A stretch of DNA of 64,000 nucleotides from Yuukianura sp. NJ FZ-2021. Its lineage: Eukaryota. Each line of letters opens with the position of its first letter. Positions within the stretch are counted from its first letter, which is position 1. Below, in pieces: positions 47,470 to 61,800 of this stretch. Both the position numbers and the translations under genes were made by a program. A model generated the notes under the pieces. That model was not told the DNA's origin. It was given only the letters and a program-made list of their open reading frames with translations, and made no database searches. Location of the stretch: contig CM102284.1 in assembly GCA_046563655.1 (NCBI GenBank), positions 930,001-994,000 on the forward strand. Direction: 5' to 3'.

Positions 47470-48313
47470 TTTTGTTTCAAACAAGTAAAAATACGAGTTT
47501 TCAGTAAAGTTAAATATGGTTATGAATTTTACTTTTTATTTTTTGTATTTTACACCTTTCCGCTACAGGTTCCTCAATCTTACTGAACCTTGCCATTGTA
47601 ACTAATTAGTTAGTGAGTTAATTTGTTATTAGTGAAAGTTGTTGGTTACTTTATGCTTTGCTTAAGTCCGTCTGTCTGTCAATTAGTCCGTTGGTCATTA
47701 TAAATGTGAAACCATTGGGCCGAATTTTCAATCTGTCTTCAGAGTTTAATTTCCAGTAATCTAAGGAATGGCTAATTCATTTACTTTTTGACCAAACATG
47801 TATAACTTCAAAGGCAAAGTATTTTTTTGTAATCGGAGATCGTGTAAAAATGGCATTTGTAAATTTTATTCACTATAAATTTTATAGTGTGCGACTTTTC
47901 CGTTGACGTCACTTCAGCTTCATTTTCCATTTCGCTACTTGCATAAGGCGTTTATAACTGTTTGTTATAATCTCAACCACGGCGATGGAATCAGCAGGAA
48001 CATTTGTCTATGGCCATTAAACTTTACGCCTGACTTTCATATTTAAGTAGCATTTCCGGAGTGAAGTAGGGACAAGTACATAATCTAACTAGTAAGTGTT
48101 TCAAGGAAGTACAGTATCGAAAACATTTATTTTTGAAAACTGTGTCAAGAACACTTCCAAGATGACATAATTTATTTACACCGAGTTAGGTTTTTATATA
48201 AAAACAAATCTTTTTAGTAAATTCAGCTTCGGTTCGATAAATATATTTATCAATATATCGATAAGATTGGGTAAATAAAGACAGTTAAATAATTTAAAAA
48301 ATTTAAAAAAAAT

Positions 48314-50964
48314 TCAAAGAAAGTTGGTCTGAATGTGATCTTGAAGGATGAGGTGAGATGCCAGCTCTGCGATCATGAAAATCGGCGTCTGCGTGTTGCA
48401 ATTCACAATTTTTGGCATCACAGAACCATCCACAATACGCAGTCCTTGGATTCCAATTACTCTATAAAATTTAATTAATTCAAATAATTATAATAAAATA
48501 CCTAAAAAGTGATAGCCAAACATTTTTTTTCGAGTCAAACCTTCGAGTCATACGTACCTCAAATGTGAGTCCACAACACTCCTAGGATCATAAACATTTC
48601 CTGTAAACAAGCGTGTATGAAAATATTTTTCAAAAATTTTTACAAATATATAATTTTCATAATTTTTTTTTCTGAAAATATATAACGTTGTACCCATTCG
48701 ACATGTGCCAACGGAATGCCAACCGGCTCTTGTGTAAAACCGAATGTAACAATCCCAAAAAGCGTCGCTCCGAAATTCAAAATTTTCGCACATTTCTGGT
48801 ACGGTGAGAACCAACTGTGTGCCTAATTCTGCATACGTTGCTGAGTTTTCGTAAATTCCAATGATGTGCTTCACACCTCAAACAGTATTTCAAAAAACTT
48901 CAACACAAATTTAACTTCCACTTTTGAAATTTGTTGTTTTGAAAGGCAAAAAGTTGAAGCAAAAATTTCGATTTTTTAAGACACCGCTTACCTTCTATCA
49001 ACCTGGGCATGTCGCGCTCATCGCTGAAAAACTTGTGATCGATCAAGGGTTTATCTATAATATGTCATCATTCAAATATATATCATAACATGATATATAC
49101 ATATTATGTACATATACATAATATGTACATATTGCTTATAGAAATACCTGTATTACATAAAATAAGCAAAACTTATTAAACGAAATACCTTCCGGGTTAG
49201 CACTGGCCAATTTTACTTCTCCGTAAACACTATACGGAGTTCCCAGGGCAACAAGAGGCGTGTTCGAATCTGGTTGAGGCGTCGTTTGAGCTAGCGAATC
49301 AACCAATGGCGTCTCTGGAACAACAAATGGATTTCCATTGCCGTAAGTGCCAATCACTGCGTGCTGGATATCTGGAATGGCTGGATTTGGGTTCAGAGAT
49401 GTCGAGTAGTAACCAATAGCAAAGACGCCAATTGGGGTACTTAAGGGCCCTAAAAACAAAAACCAAAAGTTTGGCGCCAACTCATTTTTTAAATGGTTAA
49501 AATTCAAAATTTTAAAAGAAAAGCTGCTGATGCCTACCAGTTCCATTTAGAGCGTAGTCCTGGAATGCAGAGGGTGTAAGGTCACGTGCAGGGTCGTAAG
49601 CAACATTTTTGGCGGTAAATTCAATTCGATTAATAGGAACTCCCACATGTTCTTGTAAATTTCGTCCAACCGGCAAATTTTTGACAACTGGAATCTAAAT
49701 TTTTGTCAACTGAAATTTTTTAACATTTGCACTACGTGTATTCGTATGCGCGTTATACACGAGTGCATGTTATACAACAAGAAATAAAGAAGTGAAGTAG
49801 AAAATAGAGATTGACTTACATTTAGTTCTTCCAGGTGCTCTCGAGGCCCAATGCCAGACAACATGAGTATTTTGGGAGAGTCGATTGTACCTGCGCAGAG
49901 GATGATTTCTGTGTGCGCAGTGACGGTGCGTGTGACCCCGTGTCGAATGTAGGTCACACTTCTTGCACGCATGTCTGCGTCCACATTGACCTTCATGACC
50001 CGAGCGTATCTGTACACTTTGAGATTTGGTCTGCCCAGCACAGGGCGAAGGAAGGCTTGGTATGGACCCCATCTTCTCCCGCCGTTAATGTTGAATTCAA
50101 TTAAATCGAAGAGAGGAGAATTTTGGACTCCGATATTCAAATCTCCAATGTTGCAACCCATCTCTGCACATGCTGCAAAAAAGTACTCCGCTGAAGGAGT
50201 GAATGTTGGCGAAGTCACCACGGCTTCTCCATCACTGTTGTGGTAACGCCTAAAAAATCAGCAGCGTTAGACAAAATTTTTTAAAAATCGTGTTCATATA
50301 ACTGGAAACCAAAGAATGTCAAAAAAATACGTGTCTATCGTTTGGTGTCTTCCAAAATACGCTTCAAATTTTTTGAAAAAGTGTAAAACGCTGTCCCATC
50401 TCCAAATGCTGTCGCCAGTTAGCTCCGCCCATTCGTCGTAGCAACTGGCTGCTCCACGCTGGTACGTCACGTAGTTCATGTTTCCACTCCCACCAAGTCC
50501 CCTTCCGGTAATGACATGAAATCTCTGCAAAGTTAGAATATTTAAAAACGGAAACTCAAAACTTTCAAATTTTTTGGACTTTGGAGCATGGTTAGTACGT
50601 TATCAGTAGAATGGAAACTGTTCTCTTGTGGAACTGTGAAGTACTGGAAATCTGTGTCCGGAGTCACTTGAATTGGAGCATGCATGGGCACATCTTGGAT
50701 TGGATCAGGGTCCCCTCCAATGTCCAATAGGAGAACAGAGTTTCCGAGGTCACTTGACAGGCGATTGGTCACTACTGACCCTGCTGACCCCCCACCAACC
50801 ACGATGTAATCAAAAGTCTCCTCTTCCACAAACAATCCAGCGTTCTGACTTTGTAGAAATTCGTTCTCGTCAATATTTTCCCTTGTTTTTGCATTTTGGT
50901 TTAGAAAAAACGGAATAGAGCTCAACACACTCGTGAAAAACATGACGTTACTCAAACCAGACAT
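48314..50964 (-). CDS. GMC oxidoreductase, copy 2
   Basis: Same motifs and exon structure as copy 1. Confidence 0.9.
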
Positions 50965-51696
50965 TTTTCTTTCAAAAAAATACAAGGAAAAAAAATTTGA
51001 GAAATAATATTCAATAACATTATGAGTTATACGTTTATTTTGTTTTTTTGTATTTTATACCTTTCCACCACAAGTTTCTGAATCCTACTGAACCTTATCC
51101 CTTGCGACTAATTTGAGTTAATTCCCAATTATCGAAAGTAAGTTCGCTACTTTATGTTTTTCCCTCATCCTGTCTGTCCGTCTGTTTGTCATTAATTACA
51201 ACTCTGAATCTACTGGGCCGATTCTCAGTCTTCAGAGATTAATTTCCTGTGATTTGGCGGTGATTAATCGATTTCCCAGTTGACCAAAAATGCATAATTT
51301 CCGGGTCAAAGGTTAGTCCTTTAGCATTTTCGCCAAAAGTTAAGTCAATTCCTTTATCTTGTTGACTTGGAAATTAAAAGAAATCACCTATGCATAAGTT
51401 ATTCACTACACCTTCAACTTTTGTGTAGATGACCTATACCATTGATGTCACCCTCGCTACTTGCATACAGCGTTTATAACTGTGTTGTTATAATCTCAAT
51501 CACGGCGATCGAATCAGCAGGAACATTTATCTATGGACATTAACCTTTACGCTTGACTTTCATGTTTTTGCAACATTTCCGGCCTAAATTAGCCAAAAGA
51601 CATTATCTAGCTAGTAAAAGTGTGATTTCAAAGAAATATTTTACGCTTTTTTGTTTTAAAAACTGTGTCAAGGTCTTCTAAGACGCCAAAATTTAT

Positions 51697-54290
51697 TTAA
51701 ACCAAATTAGATTTTATTTGATCTTGAATGATGAGGTGAGATGCCAGTTCTGCAATCATGTAAATCGGCGTCTGCGTGTTGCAATTCACAATTTTTGGCA
51801 TCACTGAACCATCTACTACACGCAGTCCTTGGATTCCAATTACTCTAAAGAAATTAATTAGTTAATTAAACTAATTAATACAAAACAGTTAAAATATATA
51901 TATGTTAGTATAAAATTTTTGGGAAAACTCTGTTCGCAAGAACCTCAAATTTGAGTCGACAACGCTCCTAGGATCATCTGCTCTGCCTGTAAAAATATTT
52001 TAAAAATTTTTACAGAATTATGTATTTCATTCTTTGTAATTTTTTTTATTTCGAAAGCACCAAATTGCGTACCCATTCGGCATGTGCCAACAGAGTGAAA
52101 ACCACCTCCAGTGTAAAACCGAATGTAACATTCCCAGAAAGCGTCGCTCCGAAATTCAACATTTCTGCACATTTCAGGCACGCTGAGAACCAATTGGGCG
52201 CCTAATTTTGCGTAAGTTGCTGAGTTTTCGTAAATTCCAATGATGTACTTAATACCTAGAACATAAAATTCTCACTTCAAATAAAAATTTCAACAAAATT
52301 TGATAAAATTTTACAATTTGCGGAAACCTTAAAAGTTTATACTAAAATATTCCGTTTTTTTAAGTACCTTCAACCAACCTAGGCATATCACGCTCGTCGC
52401 TGAAGAACTTGTGATCGATCAAGGGTTTATCTACATATATCAAAGTGCAAATTTAAATATAATATTTATAATAATAATATAATATTTGTATTACATAAAT
52501 TATTATATGAAATACCTTCAGGGTTAGCACTAGTCAGTTTTACTTCGCCGTTAACACTGAATGGACTTGCCAAAAAAACAAAAACGAGGTTTGAGTCTGG
52601 CTGTGGCGTCGTTTGAGCCAACGAATCAGCAAATGGCATCTCTGGAAAAATTAAAGGATTTCCAATGCCATAAGAGCCACTCACGGCGTACTCGATATCT
52701 GGAATGGCTGGATTTGGGTTCTGAGATGTTGAGTAGTAACCAATAGCAACGCCGACAATTGGGGTACTTAAGGGCCCTAAAAACAACCTTAATTCAGTTT
52801 TTAAAAGTTGAGAATTCAGAGCTTTTAAAAGAATTGTACTGATGTTTACCAGTTCCATTTAGAGCGTAGTCTTGGAATGCAGAGGGCGTAAGGTCACGTG
52901 CAGGGTCGAACGCAACATTTGTAGCGCTAAATTCAAACCGATCAACTGCAATTGCCAAATGTTCGTGCAAATTCTTTCCAACCGGTAAATTTTTCACAAC
53001 AGGAATCTAAATTGTTTTTTCAACTGTAATTTTCAATGTTAAATAAAAACGATGAATGTGTATTCTTTCGCGTGTTATACGCTAGTGCGTCTTATACAAC
53101 GAAAAATAAGGGGTTCGAATAGGAAACCGACATTGACATACATTTAGTTCTTCCAGATGCTCTCGAGGCCCAATGCCAGACAACATGAGTATTTTGGGAG
53201 AGTCGATTGCACCTGCGCAGAGGATGATTTCTGTGTGCGCAGTGACGGTGCGTGTGACCCCGTGTCGAATGTAGGTCACACTTCTTGCACGCATGTCTGC
53301 GTCCACATTGACCTTCATGACCCGAGCGTATCTGTACACTTTGAGATTTGGTCTGCCCAGCACAGGGCGAAGGAAGGCTTGGTAGGGACCCCATCTTCTC
53401 CCGCCATTAATGTTGAATTCAACTAAATCGAAGGCGGGAGAATTGTGCACTCCGGAATTCAAATCTCCAATGTTGCAACCCATCTCTTCACATGCGGCAA
53501 AAAAGTACTCCGCTGAAGGTGTGAATGTTGGTGAAGTCACAACGGCTTCTCCATCACTGTTGTGGTAACGCCTAAAAAAATCAGCAGCGTTGGGCAATAT
53601 TTTTCAAAAAATCGGGTTCATAATACTGGAAACCAAAAAGTAATTTGAAAATTACGTGTCTATCGGTTCGTGTCTTGCAAAATACGCTTCGAATTTTTTG
53701 AAAAAGTGCAAAACACGGTTCCAGCTCCAAATTCTATCGCCAGTTAGATCCGCCCATTCGTCGTAAACAGCAGCAGCACCACGCTGATACACCATATAGT
53801 TCAGGTTTCCACTTCCACCAAGCCCCTTTCCGCGAATGACGTGATACCTCTATAATGTTCAACATTTTGAAAATCAACACCAAAAATTTTCAGATTTTGT
53901 TAGAGTTTTGAAAATATTTAGTACATTATCAGCAGAATGGAAACTGTTTTCCTGTGGAACTGTGTAGTACTCAAACTCGGTCTCCGGAGTCACTTGGATT
54001 GGAGCATACTTGGGCACATCTTGGATTGGATCAGGATCCCCTCCAATGTCCAATAGGAGAACAGAGATTCCGAGGTCACTTGACAGGCGATTGGTCACTA
54101 CTGACCCTGCTGACCCCCCACCAACCACGATGTAGTCAAAAGTCTCTTCTTCCCCAAATGGACTCCCGTACTGATCGTATAGAAACTCGGTTCGGTCGAT
54201 ATTTTCTTTCGTTTTTGCATTTTGGTTTAGAAAAAACGGAATCGAACTTATCACACTCGTGAAAAACATGACGTTACTTAAAACAGACAT
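51697..54290 (-). CDS. GMC oxidoreductase, copy 3
   Basis: Same motifs; active-site segment FHSVGTCRMG. Confidence 0.9.
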
Positions 54291-55043
54291 TTTTGATTAA
54301 CAAAATACAAAAATAAAGTTTCAGTGATGTTAAATAAGAGTATTAATTATATTTGTGAAATTCTTTTCGATATCTTTATACCTTTCTGCCACAAGTTCCT
54401 GAATTCTACTGAATCTTACCTTGTAACTAATTAGTTACAGAGTTAATTCGTTATTAGCGAAAGTTGTTTGGTACTTCGTGCTTTCCACTGAGTCTGTCTG
54501 TCTGTCGGTTTGTCTGCCTGCCTGTCTGTCTTTCTGTTTCTTTGTCGGTCCGTGTGTTCCGTCTTTTGGTCATTACAATACTGAAACGACTGTGCCAGTT
54601 TCTAATCTGTCTCCCTCCAGAGATTAATTCCCATCCATCTGGGAGTAGTTAATCAAGTTGCCGTTGGACCAAAAATTCATACCCTCCGGGTCAAAGCTGA
54701 AATCCTTTTTTGGACTTGGAAATCAAAGAAATGACTTTCAAAAACGTTATTTGGTATATTTTTAAACTTTTGCGTAGATGACTTTGACCGTTGATTTCAC
54801 CCTCGCTACTTGCTTAAAGCATTTTTAACGGTTTACGGTAATCTCGATCACGACGATCGAAGCAGCATGAACATTTATCAATGGCAATTAAACTTCCCGC
54901 TTGAGTTTTACCTTTCTGTAACATTTCCGGCCTAAATTGGCAAAAGTACAAAATTTAACTGGTAAGTGCGTTTTCAAGGAAATACGGTTTCGATTTTTTT
55001 TTTTGAAAACTATGTCAAGGTCTTTTAAGACACTAAAATTTAT

Positions 55044-58000
55044 TTAAAACAAGTTAGATTTTATTTGATCTTGAATGACGAGGTGAGATGCCTGTTCTGC
55101 AATCATGAAAATCGGCGTCTGCGTGTTGCAATTCACAATTTTTGGCATCACAGAACCATCAACAACGCGTAGTCCGTGGATTCCAATTACTCTATAAAAA
55201 TTAATTAATTAATCTAATTAACACAAAACAGTTGAGATATATGTGTTTATATAAACTTTTTTTTGTAGAAATTCGTGCCGTACAAACCTCAAATTCGAAT
55301 CGACGACGCTCCTAGGATCATCAACCCTACCTGTAAACAAGAGGATGATAAAATGTGTCGAAATTTTGACAAGTATTTCACTTTTTCAAAAATCTTACAA
55401 ATAATTCACTTCTCAAAATTTTTATTTTGGAAACACAAAATTTTGTACCCATTCGACATGTGCCGGCGGAGTGCAAACCGGTTCCAGTATAAAACCGGAT
55501 GTAACAATCCCAGAAGGCGTCGCTCCGAAATTCAAAATTTTTGCATATTTCTGGTACGGTGAGAACCAACTTGGCGCCTAATTTTTCATACGTTGCTGAG
55601 TTTTCGTAAATTCCAATGATGTATTTAACACCTAAAACATAACTTTTTAACATTAAAAGGAATTCAAAAAATTACTTGCAACTTTTAATATTTGCGGTTC
55701 AGAAACTGAAAAGTTCAAGCAACAAATTTTTTTTGAAGTTACCTTCAATGAGTCGGTGCATGTCACGCTCATCGCTGAAAACTTTGTAAGCGATCAAGGG
55801 CTTATCTATATATGTCACAGTGTAAATTTAAATGTCACATTTATATAAATATTTAAAATAATATAATACTAGCAGTGTTCCTGGATATCCACTTTTTTGA
55901 TATTTCATCCACGGCTGGATATCCAGTGGAAGAAATGGACGAAATGGATGACTCCAAAAGGGTGGAGCTATACACAAAAGGGTGGTGTTACATCAGCGCT
56001 TTTTGAATTTTTTTATACTTAAGGGACAGAATAAATTCAAATAAGCGCCGAAAAAACGGAATATTGTGTTAAAATATATTTAGTTAATGTAATTAAAGAA
56101 TTCATATTTAATTACATTCTTTTATAATTTATAATTTAAATTTATTTGAAATTTGCGCTTATTTTCTAAACTCAGCTGATTTCTTCCATCCACCGTCCAG
56201 TAGGACCCCATTTCTTCCACCGGATATCCAGTGGAGGTGGCAATTACGCCACTGGATGTTTAAGAATCCAGCAACACTGAATACTAGTATTACATAAAAT
56301 ATACAAAGTATTATTACAAATACCTTCCGGATTAGGACTTGCCAGTTTTACGTGGCCGTCGACACTATACGGAGTAGCCAGAATAATAAGGACGTTGTTT
56401 GAATCTGGGTGTTGTGTAATTTCAGCTAACGGCGTCTCTGGAAAAATGACGGGATTTCCATTGGAATAAGTGCCACTCACGCCGTACTCGATATCTGGAA
56501 TTTTTGTATTTGGATTCTGAGAGGTTGAGTAGTAGCCAACAGCAAAGGCGGCAATTGGGGTACTTAAGGGCCCTAAAAACGGCGCGCATTCAATTTTCAA
56601 GCTTTTTCAAATTCAAAATTTTTGGTAGAAAAGATGTTGATTCTTTGTTGTTTTACCAGTTCCATTTACAGCGTAGTCGAGAAATGCAGAGGGTGTTAGG
56701 TCACGTACAGGGTCGAACGCAACATTTTTGGCGGTAAATTCAAATCGGTCAATCAAAATGCTTACATGATCTTGGTAATTCTTTCCAACTGGTAATTCCT
56801 TCAAAACTGGAATCTAAAAAAGTTTGGTTATTTTTAGATAATTTAGAAATTAATTGACGTATTAAATTAATATAACGATCAAAGTGTATTCTTGTGCAAG
56901 TTATACACAAGTGAGCGTTACAATTAGATTAGCTACTTCTTTTCTCAACCTGCCTTTGGCAGGTGACTGTTAATGTGTAAAACTGACTGACTGAAATAAA
57001 GCAAAAAATTCGTTACATAAAAAAAAAATTAGATTAAGTTAGTCGTATAGAAAATAGAGATTGACTTACATTTAATTCTTCAAGATGCTCTCGAGGGCCA
57101 ATGCCAGACAACATGAGTATTTTGGGAGAGTCGATTGCACCTGCGCAGAGGATGATTTCTGTGTGCGCAGTGACGGTGCGTGTGACCCCGTGTCGAATGT
57201 AGGTCACACTTCTTGCACGCATGTCTGCGTCCACATTGACCTTCATGACCCGAGCGTATCTGTACACTTTGAGATTTGGTCTGCCCAGCACAGGGCGAAG
57301 GAAGGCTTGGTAGGGACCCCATCTTCTCCCGCCATTAATGTTGAATTCAACTAAATCGAAGGCGGGAGAATTGTGCACTCCGGAATTCAAATCTCCAATG
57401 TTGCAACCCATCTCTTCACATGCGGCAAAAAAGTACTCCGCTGAAGGTGTGAATGTTGGTGAAGTCACAACGGCTTCTCCATCACTGTTGTGGTAACGCC
57501 TAAAAAAATCAGCAGCGTTGGGCAATATTTTTCAAAAAATCGGGTTCATAATACTGGAAACCAAAAAGTAATTTGAAAATTACGTGTCTATCGGTTCGTG
57601 TCTTGCAAAATACGCTTCGAATTTTTTGAAAAAGTGCAAAACACGGTTCCAGCTCCAAATTCTATCGCCAGTTAGATCCGCCCATTCGTCGTAAACAGCA
57701 GCAGCACCACGCTGATACACCATATAGTTCAGGTTTCCACTTCCACCAAGCCCCTTTCCGCGAATGACGTGATACCTCTATAATGTTCAACATTTTGAAA
57801 ATCAACACCAAAAATTTTCAGATTTTGTTAGAGTTTTGAAAATATTTAGTACATTATCAGCAGAATGGAAACTGTTTTCCTGTGGAACTGTGTAGTACTC
57901 AAACTCGGTCTCCGGAGTCACTTGGATTGGAGCATACTTGGGCACATCTTGGATTGGATCAGGATCCCCTCCAATGTCCAATAGGAGAACAGAGATTCCG

Positions 58001-58218
58001 AGGTCACTTGACAGGCGATTGGTCACTACTGACCCTGCTGACCCCCCACCAACCACGATGTAGTCAAAAGTCTCTTCTTCCCCAAATGGACTCCCGTACT
58101 GACTGTATAGGAATTCTGATCGGTCGATATTTTCCTTCGTTTTTGCATTTTGTTTTAAGATAAACGGAATCGAACTTAACACACTCGTGAAAAACATGAC
58201 GTTACTCAAAGCAGACAT
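55044..58218 (-). CDS. GMC oxidoreductase, copy 4
   Basis: Same motifs; LHSAGTCRMG; hAT MITE in an intron. Confidence 0.9.
55873..56279. mobile_element. 407-bp hAT-type MITE
   Basis: TIRs cagtgttcctggat / atccagcaacactg; perfect 8-bp TSD aatactag at 55865-55872 and 56280-56287. Confidence 0.9.
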
Positions 58219-58847
58219 TTTTGGTTAAAAAAACAAAGAGAGATTTTCAGTAATAATGTTTAATAAGGTTATAAATTATACTTTAACTTTTTTTTTTGAT
58301 ATTTTATACCTTTACGCTACAAGTTCCTGAATCCTACTGAACCTTACCTTTGCAACTAATTAGTGAGGGAGTTAATTCATTATTAGCGAAAGTTGTTCGC
58401 TAGGTTATGTTTCCGTTTAGTCGGTTTGCCTGTATGTTGGTCATAACAACTCTGAAACCATTTGTTTAAAAAAGAAACGAAAAATTTCCAGTAGTGTTTA
58501 CTAAGATCATGAATTATATTTTTGAAATTTGAATTCTGAAAAGTCTCCACTACAAGTTTTTGAATCCTACTGAATCCCATATCTGTAAAAAAAAGAATTC
58601 TTTAATTTTCATTTTAAAGCGATATAATCATCAGAAACTTTTTATTTATGGCCATTGAACTTTCCGCATGACATTCTCAACATTTTCGCAACGTTTCCGC
58701 TCAAATTGCCATAAGTATAAAAACTACATGAATGTAAATACACTTTCTAAAGTTTCCGGTACACACAATTTTAGAAACAAAATGAAACAAAAGATTGTTG
58801 AAAACTGTGTGAAGATTATTTTATTTTAGACTTGACGAATTATGTGT

Positions 58848-61800
58848 TTACACCAAGTTAGATTTTATTTGATCTTGAAGGATGAGGTGAGATGCCAGTT
58901 CCGCAATCATGAAAATCGGCGTCTGCGTGTTGCAATTCACAATTTTTGGCATTACCGAACCATCCACAACACGCAGTCCGTGGATTCCAATTACTCTAAA
59001 AAAAATTAGTTGATTATATAGTTACCACAGATTAATATTTTGTTGAAATTTTGACTCAGATAATGACCTCAAATTCGAGTCTACGACACTCCTAGGGTCA
59101 TCAACTCTTCCTAAAAACATTAAGTATGAAAATTTGACTTCAAAAAACAAATTTTCAAAAAGAAAAGTTTTTTTTTTTGAAAGAATTTTAAAAATGTGTA
59201 ACCCATTCGACAAGTGCCAACGGGATGCCAAAGCGTTCCAGTGTAAAACCGAATGTAACATTCCCAAAAAGCGTCACTTCGAAATTCAAAATTTTCGCAC
59301 ATTTCGGGTACAGTAAGAACCAACTTCGCGCCTAAATTTTCGTATGTTGCTGAGTTTTCGTAAATTCCAATGATGTACTTCAAACCTCAAAATCAACACA
59401 CAAATTTTAGACAATTTCATATTTTTCGTCTTTGTCATATTTGAACTTTTTAAAATAGTAATTGTGTAGTCCCAACGAAGAAGGGCGTAACTCGGATTTT
59501 GAAATTTTTTTTCCCTTGGAGACGAAAAAAGTAAACAAATTTCGCCAAAACTCGGAATCAAAAATGTCTGCAGATTTCGATTTCAAAAATGCAATTAGAA
59601 ATGGACTTGACAAAGAATCGATGGTGCAAGTAACTTTTTTCCCATAAAAACTTCGTATTTAGCAAAGTAGCGAAAGTGCAGAGTATTTTTTCATTGTATT
59701 CATATAAAACTTTGGAAATTACTCAAATAGTTTCGTACCCTCATTAAGTTGTTGCAACTGCTTTGAAACTTTTTTCAATTGACATTGACGAAAAGAACTG
59801 AAAATTATTTAATAGCCAATTCGTCAAAGTACATATCCAGCCTCACTAAACCTAGATAAGGGCCAAAGTGGGGAAGGGGGCCCTTATTTCAGAAGTCAAT
59901 GTCAACTCGATTCAGAGAACTCAAGTGTTTTCTGTGAGGTCAAAGTTTCGCACATCAGTTTTCACAGGCGCCGGACTCATATAAGTTTAAATCTTCTAAA
60001 AATTTTCGAATATCTTCAATGATATTAAAAGATCAGCGAGACGTAGACCGACCGGAATTTAACCGTACAATATAATCATAGCTCCGCAATAAGGCGGTTT
60101 TCTAAAACAAACTCAACGTAACCTAGTAATCCGCGTTTTAGCCGTTAATAGTGATCAAATCTGGGTCATCATATGTTCATTGGTGAAAACCGAAACGAAA
60201 TACGTCGAGTAGTTTCTGAGTGGTGTGGCTGGTTTTTTCCAGCGTTGCTGTTAGCTTAAACGTCCAGTGGCTTAATTGCCACTCCCACTGGATATCCACT
60301 GGAAGAAATACACTCAGAATTGAAACTTTTAGTGCATTCAAGGAATTAAAAATATAGCGCGAAATTCAAAAAAATTCAAATTTAAAGTTACAAAATAATA
60401 TCAAAAAGACTTTCTTTCATCGTTAAATTTAATTATTTATTCAAAAATCATACAAAAACGTTAGTTCCTTCGTCTCGTATGGTAATTTGAATTGTTTAGG
60501 CTTTTTGTATCTATTTTAAACCCCGAGGGTGACGCTCCGCCGCTTTGGGTTCATCCATTTTGTCCATTTCTTCCATTGGATAACCAGCCGTGGACGAAAT
60601 TTCGAAAAAAAAAATGGATATCCAACAACACTGGTTTTTTAAATAAAAACCACAAATACTTGGTTTTTAGTTTAAACCATGATTTCACGGTTTAAAACAA
60701 AATGTTTAAACCGTTTAAACCAAGTCCACAAAAACTCGATATTTCTCAGAAAATGAATTTATACTTTACAACTATTTAATCCGTTGAAATTCCATTCACT
60801 GATTTCAGTTCCAACAATATTTTAACAATGTGAAAAAGGCGTTAGAACAGTAATTTGTGAAAAGATAAACGAGTTAGTATAAAAGAGCGAATGAATTTCA
60901 TTAAAAAACAAGACTTTTCTGTTAATTCCGTATCCGGTTTTCCCCATTTACTTAAGTTGGTTTAAACCTAATTCATGTGAATAAAAACCACTTGGTTTAA
61001 ATCGTGGTTTAAACCACGGTTTAGATCATTTCTCTTAAACCAAGGCCAAGGTCACCCTGTTTCTGATAATTAATCCGGACAGACAGACTGACAGACAGAC
61101 ATGAAGAATATTATAATAATAGCGCCGCGTCGTAACATTACAATCTCCTAACAGCCCAACGGACACACAACACAGCTCGCCCAAACAGAATGACACACAG
61201 ACAGACACCCAAACATAACATGAATCTTTCGAAAAAAATTTCGGATATGAATTCAGTAATTTTGTTGCCGACTCTCGTTAAATTTTGTTTACGTTTTTTC
61301 TTGGCAACGCAAGTCGTCATCGCGTTTTGAGGTACGCCATACTTCGTCGGAGCTATAGAATTTAAAACACTCTAAACTAAACGAAAACAAGGTCATTTTA
61401 CCTTCGATGAGTCTCGGTATATCTCTGTCGTCGCTAAAAAATTTGGGATCCAGGAATGGATTATCTAAAACAATTAAATGATATGAGTTTTTATACATTA
61501 TACTTGAATACATATTACCATTATGATATTTATACATGCAATGAATGAATTTATATTATTTTAATTATTTCTTGAGTAGCGAAAGTATGAGCTACTTTAT
61601 GTTTTTTGCCGAGTCTGTCTGTCTGTCTGTCTGTCTGCTTGTCAAACTAACTCTGGAACCAATGGACCGATTTTAAATCTATCTTCGCAGATAAACTTCG
61701 TTTGGTCCAGGAACAAGGTAGTCTAAATCGATTTTTTTTTGTTTTTCCTTAACAGGTTATAGCATAACTCTTTTTTTTCCAAATTTGCAAATTTTTTGAA

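Larger units (their letters stand above)
59465..61357. mobile_element. ~1.9-kb non-autonomous TIR element in a GMC copy 5 intron
   Basis: Degenerate TIRs tagtcccaacgaagaagggcgta / tacgccatacttcgtcggagcta. The homologous intron is only ~110-160 bp in the paralogs. Confidence 0.65.
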
